From positions 112,603-176,602 of the forward strand of contig CBFGJX010000003.1 of NCBI GenBank assembly GCA_965649225.1: a DNA stretch of 64,000 nt, in the 5' to 3' direction. This document shows, piece after piece, positions 7,915-15,501 of this stretch (the first letter of the stretch is position 1; the number at the start of each line of letters is the position of its first letter). The stretch is from a candidate division WOR-3 bacterium. Lineage in GTDB: Bacteria; Hydrothermota; Tepidihabitantia; Tepidihabitantales; Tepidihabitantaceae. The notes beneath the pieces are model-generated. The model had not been told where the DNA came from. It saw only the letters and a list, made by a program, of their open reading frames with translations, and ran no database searches. Position numbers and translations under genes: made by a program.

Positions 7915-9069
7915 CTACCTCACTCCAATGTAGGTCACGAGCTCATCCTTGGTACCGGCCAGTGCGCCTTCGAGAGCTGTTGCCGCATCGACAAGCGAAA
8001 ACTCCTTGCCGCCCAGCCCGTAAACATAGGAAAGCACCGCCGGGCGCCGGTCCAGTTCATACAGCGCTGCTCTGGTCTCGGTGTAGAGCGGGCCGCCGAA
8101 TGAATTGACGGAGTCGGCACGATCAAGCACGGCCACGGTACGGTAACGAGCCAGCTTCTCCTTCAGCAGCCGGTGTGGCAGCGGACGAAACACGCGTAAT
8201 TTGACCATACCCACTTTCCTGCCTTCGTTGCGCATTGCGTCTACGGCATCGCGCATCGTGCCGCAAGCCGAACCCATCAACAGCACTACCGCTTCGGCGT
8301 CGTCAGTACGGTACTCCTCGATAACACCGTAGCCGCGACCAAACCGCGTCTGAAACGCACGCTGGACCTCTTCGATCACCGGCAGTGCCTTGTTCATCCC
8401 CTCGATCTGCGAGCGCTTGAACTCGAAATAGTAGTCCTGCATAGTTGCCGGGCCGACGAGAATCGGCTTCCTGATGTTGAGCAGGTCCCAGTTTGGCTGC
8501 CAGCGGCCCAGCCAGTCCCTTACCGCCTTGTCTTCCAGCGTTTCCATCCGCTCCATGCAGTGAGACAGGATAAAGCCGTCGACGCAGCACATCGCCGGCA
8601 GCGAGGTCCGCTCGGCAATCTTCACACACTGAATCAGCGTATCGTACCCCTCCTGCACCGACTCGCAGAAGAACTGCAACCAGCCCGAATCACGCGAAGC
8701 CAGCGAATCGGAATGGTCACCGTGGATGTTCAGCGGCGAAGAAAGCGAGCGCGATGCAACCGCCATGACAATCGGCAGCCGCAGCCCGCCGGCGATAAAC
8801 AGCATTTCATGCATCAGCGCGAGCCCTTGGGACGCGGTCGCTGTCATCGTCCGGCAACCCGCCGCCGCCGCACCGATGCACGCCGCCATCGCCGAGTGTT
8901 CGCTCTCGACAGCGACGAACTCGGAGTCCACGATGCCGTCGCTGACGTAGCTGGCAAATATCTGAACGATTTCGGTCGAAGGCGTTATCGGATAGGCAGC
9001 AACGACGTCGGGATTGATCTGCTTCATCGCATAGGCCAGCGCTTCGTTCCCGGTCTTGGCAATAATCAT
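7915..9069 (-). CDS. porA: pyruvate:ferredoxin oxidoreductase, alpha subunit
   Basis: MIIAKTGNEALAYAMKQINPDVVAAYPITPSTEIV... typical PorA N-terminus; 384 aa. Confidence 0.9.
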   Translation of the reverse strand: MIIAKTGNEALAYAMKQINPDVVAAYPITPSTEIVQIFASYVSDGIVDSEFVAVESEHSAMAACIGAAAAGCRTMTATASQGLALMHEMLFIAGGLRLPIVMAVASRSLSSPLNIHGDHSDSLASRDSGWLQFFCESVQEGYDTLIQCVKIAERTSLPAMCCVDGFILSHCMERMETLEDKAVRDWLGRWQPNWDLLNIRKPILVGPATMQDYYFEFKRSQIEGMNKALPVIEEVQRAFQTRFGRGYGVIEEYRTDDAEAVVLLMGSACGTMRDAVDAMRNEGRKVGMVKLRVFRPLPHRLLKEKLARYRTVAVLDRADSVNSFGGPLYTETRAALYELDRRPAVLSYVYGLGGKEFSLVDAATALEGALAGTKDELVTYIGVR

Positions 9070-9356
9070 TTCCGCTCCGTTTCCATCGTTATCGCCTGCA
9101 CCTTTTTCGGGCAGACACTGGCGCAGATGCCACAGCCCTTGCAGTAGTCGTAGTTAATGCCCGCTACTTTCCCGTCAACAATCAGAATCGATGCATCCGG
9201 GCAGTATATCCAGCAGGTGTAGCAGTTGATGCACTTTTCCTTGTTCCACACCGGCCGCTGTGATCGCCAGGCCCCGGTTTTGTTTTCCAGTACCGCCTTG
9301 GGATCGTCGATAATCGCCCCGCAGGGCAGTTCCTTCCAGCTCAACAGCCTTGCCAT
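9066..9356 (-). CDS. porD: pyruvate:ferredoxin oxidoreductase, delta subunit (2x[4Fe-4S] ferredoxin)
   Basis: CINCYTCWIYCP and CKGCGICASVCP cysteine motifs; 96 aa; ATGA overlap with porA. Confidence 0.85.
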   Translation of the reverse strand: MARLLSWKELPCGAIIDDPKAVLENKTGAWRSQRPVWNKEKCINCYTCWIYCPDASILIVDGKVAGINYDYCKGCGICASVCPKKVQAITMETERK

Positions 9357-9357
9357 T

Positions 9358-9969
9358 CTAGCACCTCACCTCTTCGTAGGCCCGACGGATGCTGACAAGA
9401 TTAGGCGCGATAAACTTCTCTTTACCACCCCGGAATTTCTCCGCCAGCTTGCCTTCGATCGCCTTCATCATTGACTCGAATTCCAGCACGCCGGTAACCT
9501 TGACCAATGCTCCCAGCATCGGGGTATTGGGCACGTTCTTGCCCACGGTCTCCATTGCGATTCGCGAAGCATCAACGACATACAATTTGATGTGGTCCGG
9601 AAGTCGCATCCTCGCCCGCAGCACCGCAGGGTCCTCGGTGGAGTTGACAAGCAGAATCCCGCCGTCCTGCAGGCCATCGGTGACCCGCGCCGGCTCGATC
9701 AGCGAAGCATCAAGCACAACCACAATCCGCGGCGTCTTCACACCGGCATGCGAACGAATCGGTCGGTCAGAGAGCCGGTTGAATGCCTGTACCGGTGCGC
9801 CCATTCGCTCCGGCCCGTACTCTGGGAACGCTTGAATGTACATCCCGGTGTCCAGTGCCGCTTCACCAAACAACAGCGCCGCGGTTTTGGCACCCTGACC
9901 ACCACGACCGTGCCAGCGTATTTCCAGCACCTGGCCGGCGAGGTTGATGCAGACATCTGATACAGCCAT
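9358..9969 (-). CDS. porG: pyruvate:ferredoxin oxidoreductase, gamma subunit
   Basis: WHGRGGQGAKTAALLFGEAA motif; RBS aaATGGAGGcaagATG at 9969. Confidence 0.85.
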   Translation of the reverse strand: MAVSDVCINLAGQVLEIRWHGRGGQGAKTAALLFGEAALDTGMYIQAFPEYGPERMGAPVQAFNRLSDRPIRSHAGVKTPRIVVVLDASLIEPARVTDGLQDGGILLVNSTEDPAVLRARMRLPDHIKLYVVDASRIAMETVGKNVPNTPMLGALVKVTGVLEFESMMKAIEGKLAEKFRGGKEKFIAPNLVSIRRAYEEVRC

Positions 9970-10097
9970 CTTGCCTCCATTTTGAAGCCCGGCCCGGATG
10001 CAGTCCGCAGCACTGACAGCGAATCAGGACCGCCTGCTGGCTTCCGGCCTGCCGCCCGGTCGGGCATCTTGTTCGAAATTGTCCTTAGCGGCCGACA

Positions 10098-10125
10098 ATG
10101 TTACTCCTGACAGGAGTAAAGTCAA
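10098..10125 (-). promoter_or_regulatory. putative por promoter TTGACT-16-TAACAT whose spacer is filled by a 19-bp palindrome TTACTCCTG-a-CAGGAGTAA (10101-10119), a candidate operator
   Basis: Minus strand: ggTTGACTttactcctgtcaggagTAACATtgtcgg; palindrome is perfect except for the central base. Confidence 0.4.
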
Positions 10126-10165
10126 CCGCCTGAATCAGACTCTGGAAAGGAAAATTGGCTGTCGG

Positions 10166-10194
10166 TTGACCGTACCGGCAGGCGAAACTATGAT
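10166..10194 (+). promoter_or_regulatory. putative promoter TTGACC-17-TATGAT ending 5 nt before the fpg ATG (leaderless mRNA predicted)
   Basis: ggTTGACCgtaccggcaggcgaaacTATGATttgccATG. Confidence 0.45.
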
Positions 10195-10199
10195 TTGCC

Positions 10200-11042
10200 A
10201 TGCTCGAGTTGCCCGAGATCGAGGTCATCCGGGAACGGCTGCGCCTCTCGCTTGTCGGCCGGCGAATCATATCGGTTGACGCCTTAGAACGCCGGGCGCT
10301 GGTGACCCGTCGGATACCGCCGGCCGCTCTCGTCGGGACTCATCTCGGCTCGATCATCAGACGAGGACGCCTGCTGGTGTTTGAAACCGACGCCGGCACG
10401 GCGTTCTGCGCCCGCCTTGGCCGCACCGGCTTTTACAGCCTGCGCCCCAACGCCGCTCCGGTTTCACCCCGTGCAGTACTGGGTTTCACCACTGCCGAGG
10501 CGGGACTGGACATAATTGAAGGCGGCCGCCGTCTCCGCGTCGAACTGGCAATCGCTGACAAAACAACCAATCTGCCCTGGCTGGGCCGCACCGGCCTTGA
10601 TCCGCTTGACCCTGCGTTCACCCTTACCGCGCTGCGCTCAAGGCTGTCGCGGTGCGACTGCACTCTGCGACTGGCCCTGTCCGACAACCACGTTATCGCC
10701 GGACTCGGCGACGCCTTTGCCGACGAGGTCCTTTTTGAGGCCCGGCTTTCTCCGTTTGAACCCAGCGCACTGCTTGGCCCCGCCGAAGCAGTCCGGCTTC
10801 ACCTTGCCATCAAGAAGACCGTTTCCAGTGCTGTGGTTCGCTACCGAACACTGCCAGCCGGCACTTTGCCGGACGAAACCCATCGCGACTTCCTGCGCAT
10901 TCATCAGCGAGCCGGTCAACCGTGTCAGGTCTGCGGTACGCTCATCAAAACCGTACGCGAAGGCAGTCTGACCTCATTTTACTGCCCGACCTGCCAGACC
11001 CACGGCATCGAACTTGCTGACCGCAACGCCCCGCTCCGCTGA
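10200..11042 (+). CDS. Fpg/Nei-family DNA glycosylase/AP lyase with C-terminal zinc finger
   Basis: N-terminus MLELPEIEVIRERL (compare Fpg MPELPEVE); C-terminal CQVCGTLIKTV...FYCPTCQ zinc finger; 280 aa. Confidence 0.8.
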   Translation: MLELPEIEVIRERLRLSLVGRRIISVDALERRALVTRRIPPAALVGTHLGSIIRRGRLLVFETDAGTAFCARLGRTGFYSLRPNAAPVSPRAVLGFTTAEAGLDIIEGGRRLRVELAIADKTTNLPWLGRTGLDPLDPAFTLTALRSRLSRCDCTLRLALSDNHVIAGLGDAFADEVLFEARLSPFEPSALLGPAEAVRLHLAIKKTVSSAVVRYRTLPAGTLPDETHRDFLRIHQRAGQPCQVCGTLIKTVREGSLTSFYCPTCQTHGIELADRNAPLR

Positions 11043-11181
11043 GCCGTTCGCAGACCCCACCCTCAACGCAATCGGCTGATAACAGCTGATCGTTAGGCTG
11101 TCGCAGCTGCCTGCAAACTGGCTCCAACGGCAGCGGCGGGCGACCAGCCGGTCACCCGCCGCTTTTCTCCGACTGAACGGA

Positions 11182-14100
11182 CTACCGCTCGACCACGACC
11201 TTGGTGGCGGCAGTCAGGTCCCGGCTCTCGAGCCGGACCAGATAGACGCCGGCGGCAATTCCGCGCAGGTCAAGGTCAATCCTGCCGGTACGCACCGCAA
11301 CAAACGCCCGCCGCATCACGATTCGGCCGGCAGCGTCAAACACACTCACTACCACCGGCCCGCCTCTCGGCAGGCTGTAATGCAGCGTCGTCCGTCCTGC
11401 TGCCAGCGGATTAGGCGCCAGCGCGACACTGCCCGACGGCATCGTTGTCGCTCCCTGGACACCCGAACGCGGAGCCTGACTGAACACACCCGGCAGCTGA
11501 TAGTACCGCCAGAACTCGAGCGTCTTGTTGCCCTTCGCAGTGAAGAAGCCACCGTTGCCGAACGAGACAACATCGGCGCCGGCCTTGACACGCTTCTTCT
11601 TGTTGGTGGAGCCAAAAGCCGGCATCGTGTCCAGCTCTTCCCAGACATTGGCGGCAATGTCATAGCGATACCAGTCCTGGGTATTGCCGCCCTTCAGCGC
11701 CCAGATTCCACCGGCGAAGTACGCTGCCGAACCACCGTCCTTGCTCTTCTTGCTCTTGCCGGTCTGGCGATTGAGCAACGTCATACCCACCAGTGGTTGA
11801 GTATTCCACGTGCCGGTACTGAGGTCGAAGGTGTAGAACTCGTGATACTTCGCCTTGTGCACATACAGCCGATTGCCGCCGTCATGCACGAGCCAGGAAC
11901 CTTTGTCGTACTTTGGCCTGGTGCCGGCCGGGGCATCGGGCAGGGTCTCCCAAACCCCGGTCGCCACATTGTAACGATAGAACTCGTTCTTGTAACCCTT
12001 CAGCAGGTAAACATAGCCTGAGTCGCCACGCTGAACATATACCAGATCGGTCCCGCCTTTGACCTTCTTGTTCGAGGCGCCGGCAGGAACATCGGCCAGC
12101 TGGTAGAACGAGTCGCGCTGGACGTCGTAGCGCCAGAAACCAAGGGTGTTATTGCCCTTGGTGAAATAGACATAGCGATTACCATCGGCTGTCCCGGCCG
12201 CACCCTTCTTGGGCAGCTTGTTTTCCGTTCCAGCCGGGATCTCCCGCTTGAGACTCCAGCGATTTGCCAAGGGCTCGTAGCCGTAGAAGTCTCCGGTCTT
12301 GTTACCCTTCGCCACGTAGATCGTCTGATTGCCGGTCATCATCGCGGCCCAGCCACCGTCCTTGACCGCCTTGCCCGATGGCCCGACCGGTACCCCGGCA
12401 ACCTCGTGCCAGCCGGCCGGCCACTGCGGGCCGGTCGCAACCAGGAACCGCGATTCGAGCACGTCGTTGGCCGGATTCGGGTCGCCGGAGGCATAGGTCG
12501 AACAGCGGGCGGTCCAGTAACCGGTATCCATGCCGACATTGTGCGTCGGAAAACTGATGACGGTGTCGCGGCCACCGGCAAGACCCTCGACGTTCACCGA
12601 CCGGTTATAGACCCGGCTGCCGCCCGGACTGGTGAGCGCAAAGAACGCCCGGAAACTGGCCGGCACGGTGCCGTTGTTGCGCCAGCGGCCCTGCGGTGTC
12701 ACGGTGGCATTGGTGTCGACCACGCCGGTCGGCGCAACGACAGCAGCCACGGCAATATCCGCAGTCTGACGGGTGACAGTGAAAGTACCGGTGACGAGGT
12801 CGTTGGTGGTGTTCTGGTCACCGGCGAGGAAGGTTGAGCAGCGCGCCGAATAGCCGCCACTCACCGGGAAGCTCGTCGGCGTGAACTCCACCGTGTCAAC
12901 TGCCCCGGCAGGCAATGCAACAACCTGAACCGAATCGAGATACCGGGTAACGCCACCGGGAGTGCTGACACAGCGGAACCAGGTCCAGAACGTCTCCGGT
13001 TCGGCGCCCAGATTGGCCACGACTGCCTGCGGTGTTACCACCACCGAAGTGTCGAACGTACCGGTTGGTGCCAGAATCGTCCTCGCCGCGACGTCATGGG
13101 CGATCGTGCCGACAACCCAGAAGGTATCGAACTTGATATTGTTGGCCGGATTGAGATCGGTCATCAGCAGTTCAGCCCGGTCCAGCCACATGCCGGGTTG
13201 TGAGAACAGCGAATCCCGGAATTGAACTGAAGTGAAGCTGCCCGGGGCAAGACCGAACACGGTCTCTTCGTCCGCCCACGCACCAATCGTGAAGCGGACC
13301 GGCACCACCGGCTCGGTCGTGTTGCCGTAGTTGCGGATAACACATTCAGGATGCAGCCAGGTTGAATCCGGCACTGTGTCCACCGGCGCGACAATCCGGC
13401 TGATACCGATATCCCGGACGGCTACAAAGAACGAATCGCGCCGGCTGTCGTTCCAGTTCGTCGAGTCAAGCGCAAACTCAGTCGAGCAGGATACCGGGTG
13501 CCAGCCACGGGTGGTAAGCGTCAGTTCCGGGAAAACCAGCTCCCGCCGCTCGCCACTCGGCTGGGCGGCAACCTGCATCACCTCGTTGTAGCTCGTGCCA
13601 ATCTTCATCCGCACCTGGTACGTGGCAGTCTGGGTCCCGAAGTTCTCAACCGTGCACACCGGCGCAACCACCGTACCCGAGTCAATCTGTCCGACCGGCG
13701 CCAGCAGCGCGTGGACACCGACATCATAGGGAACCCGGACGATAACCGTGTCGGTCAGTTTGTCATTGGCATGATAGACGTCGGTGCCAAGTCGGGTCGA
13801 GCAGGCGACGACGTGAACCCCGCCCTGGTTGTTGCCGACAATCCAGTCCTGCGGGAAAGTCACATACCGGCTCGTCCCGGGAACGTGGTTTATCACCATG
13901 CCGAGCTGGTCATAGAAGGAACCGATCTGCATCCGGACCGAGTAGGAAACCGTCTCGGTGCCGTAGTTGAAGGTCGAGCAGGCCGGTGCAATCGTGTCGC
14001 CCGGATTGGCATAACGACCGGGAGCGATAATCCGGGTGCAGCCGACGTCGATACCGACGACTTCAAACGGCTCGGTCCAGGTGTCGTTCGCCGGGAAAGC

Positions 14101-15303
14101 ATCACCGGCCAGCCCCAGCGAACACCGAACTGTGTAGGAACCGGCGGGCGAGGCAATCCAGATGCCAAAATTGATCGTATCCTCGCGGCCAGGCCCGAGC
14201 GTCTTGGTGCGGGTGAACGTGTGCGACCCGAACCGCATCGTGGCGGGGAAAGTCCGACTCTGCAGAGTGTCGTAGTTCCGGGCGGTGATGCGCAGACGCA
14301 CGGTATCGCCGACGTTGTAGGTCGCGCGGGGCGCAATCACGCCGGTAATCCCGACATCGGACGGGAGCAGCCGATGCCAGCCGTCGAGCTTGTAGATCAT
14401 GTTTTCGGGATTCTGCATTATCCCGATCCAGTAGTCGCCCGAGCGCGGGTCCCAGGCTACACCACGAACGTTGTTGACATAACCCGAGAGATCGGGCAGG
14501 CGCTGACGGTTGATGATTGAAAAGTCATTGCGGTTCAGCTCAAACAGCACACAGGAATCCAGTATCCCCGAACCCGAAAAGAAGCTGTAAATCATCAGCA
14601 GCGAGGGCATGTTCGGGTTGGTGGTCGAATAGTCAAAGTCGATACACCTCGCTCCCGCGTAGGAGTATCCTAAATGGTCCAGCCCGGCCCGCTGCAGTAC
14701 CGTACCCATCGTGTCCATCACGTAGATTGAACAGGGGAAAACGCCCTCGCCCATCCGGTCAACGACGTAGAGCCGTTTGTTGCGTTCATCAAATGCGATA
14801 CCGGTGGGATAGTTAACCGCCGGCGACTGAAAACTGCGCGTGACTCCACCGCCGGCGGCATCAACCTTGTAAACCCGCTTGTACTTCGACGAATGAACCC
14901 AGATTGAATTGTCGTAGCGGCAGTAAGCGATATCCTGGAACGAGTCGTTCACCGGCCCCGGAATCGAGGTAATCGCAATCGTGTCCTTGAGCATCGGATT
15001 GGTCGAGTCGTCTGAACGGTAGCGGTGAAAAACGCTCTGCCAGAAATAAACCCCCAGCAGTTTGTCGCTCAGGCCGTTGTAGGCCATCCCGTAGTGACCC
15101 CACTGCAAACCAGCCAGGTCACTCAGGCGGGCCGGTCCCCACAACACTGTCGGTGGCGGGTCCTGCTCCGGCACCTTCACCGGCGCGGCCCACTCGCCCC
15201 CGCCCAGGAACTCTCCATCCGGTGCGGGCGCGGCGGCATAAGCGACGGTAACCGTCAGTGCCGCGAGCAGCACGGCCATCGTTGTCACTCTACTGACGTG
15301 CAT
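11182..15303 (-). CDS. 1373-aa secreted modular protein with signal peptide, NHL/SMP30-like propeller, ~6 CARDB-like Ig repeats, 7 'KGN-x-T' propeller repeats and T9SS CTD
   Basis: RBS AAGGAGGctaagATG; signal MHVSRVTTMAVLLAALTVTVAYAAAP; CARDB-type blocks ending ...HANDKLTDTV, ...PANDTWTEPF; repeats ...KGNKTGDFYGY, KGNNTLGFWRY, KGYKNEFYRY, KGGNTQDWYRY, KGNKTLEFWRY; CTD ...AAGVYLVRLESRDLTAATKVVVER. Confidence 0.8.
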   Translation of the reverse strand: MHVSRVTTMAVLLAALTVTVAYAAAPAPDGEFLGGGEWAAPVKVPEQDPPPTVLWGPARLSDLAGLQWGHYGMAYNGLSDKLLGVYFWQSVFHRYRSDDSTNPMLKDTIAITSIPGPVNDSFQDIAYCRYDNSIWVHSSKYKRVYKVDAAGGGVTRSFQSPAVNYPTGIAFDERNKRLYVVDRMGEGVFPCSIYVMDTMGTVLQRAGLDHLGYSYAGARCIDFDYSTTNPNMPSLLMIYSFFSGSGILDSCVLFELNRNDFSIINRQRLPDLSGYVNNVRGVAWDPRSGDYWIGIMQNPENMIYKLDGWHRLLPSDVGITGVIAPRATYNVGDTVRLRITARNYDTLQSRTFPATMRFGSHTFTRTKTLGPGREDTINFGIWIASPAGSYTVRCSLGLAGDAFPANDTWTEPFEVVGIDVGCTRIIAPGRYANPGDTIAPACSTFNYGTETVSYSVRMQIGSFYDQLGMVINHVPGTSRYVTFPQDWIVGNNQGGVHVVACSTRLGTDVYHANDKLTDTVIVRVPYDVGVHALLAPVGQIDSGTVVAPVCTVENFGTQTATYQVRMKIGTSYNEVMQVAAQPSGERRELVFPELTLTTRGWHPVSCSTEFALDSTNWNDSRRDSFFVAVRDIGISRIVAPVDTVPDSTWLHPECVIRNYGNTTEPVVPVRFTIGAWADEETVFGLAPGSFTSVQFRDSLFSQPGMWLDRAELLMTDLNPANNIKFDTFWVVGTIAHDVAARTILAPTGTFDTSVVVTPQAVVANLGAEPETFWTWFRCVSTPGGVTRYLDSVQVVALPAGAVDTVEFTPTSFPVSGGYSARCSTFLAGDQNTTNDLVTGTFTVTRQTADIAVAAVVAPTGVVDTNATVTPQGRWRNNGTVPASFRAFFALTSPGGSRVYNRSVNVEGLAGGRDTVISFPTHNVGMDTGYWTARCSTYASGDPNPANDVLESRFLVATGPQWPAGWHEVAGVPVGPSGKAVKDGGWAAMMTGNQTIYVAKGNKTGDFYGYEPLANRWSLKREIPAGTENKLPKKGAAGTADGNRYVYFTKGNNTLGFWRYDVQRDSFYQLADVPAGASNKKVKGGTDLVYVQRGDSGYVYLLKGYKNEFYRYNVATGVWETLPDAPAGTRPKYDKGSWLVHDGGNRLYVHKAKYHEFYTFDLSTGTWNTQPLVGMTLLNRQTGKSKKSKDGGSAAYFAGGIWALKGGNTQDWYRYDIAANVWEELDTMPAFGSTNKKKRVKAGADVVSFGNGGFFTAKGNKTLEFWRYYQLPGVFSQAPRSGVQGATTMPSGSVALAPNPLAAGRTTLHYSLPRGGPVVVSVFDAAGRIVMRRAFVAVRTGRIDLDLRGIAAGVYLVRLESRDLTAATKVVVER

Positions 15304-15416
15304 CTTAGCCTCCTTGCTAAGGATAAGTTTCTTTGTCTTGGTGGATTGTTCCGGCTGAGCAGACTTTTGAGTGCAGACAGAACCAACCCACCAGGCTTAA
15401 GTCTGAGCCCCTTATC

Positions 15417-15442
15417 GGTGCGGCCGTAGCCCTTGCCGCACC
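15417..15442 (-). terminator. hairpin GGTGCGGC-N10-GCCGCACC about 60 nt downstream of the LVIVD-protein gene stop
   Basis: 8-bp perfect stem; no U-tract. Confidence 0.3.
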
Positions 15443-15501
15443 GCTGCAATACTATTCAGCCCTGACCGGCTGTCAAGCTTTGTTGAAAGACCGCATGCAG
15501 C

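Noticed and set aside
13498-14520. 340-aa plus-strand ORF (and several 80-200-aa ORFs) inside the 11182..15303 giant gene
   Set aside because: These are antisense to a gene with clear domain repeats and a CTD, and show the typical GC-rich shadow-ORF composition. The same applies to 16438..17595, 20166..21371, 21565..22632, 28065..28928, 42828..44516, 46603..47442, 55011..55724, 56453..57211, 57091..58068 and 63034..63684.
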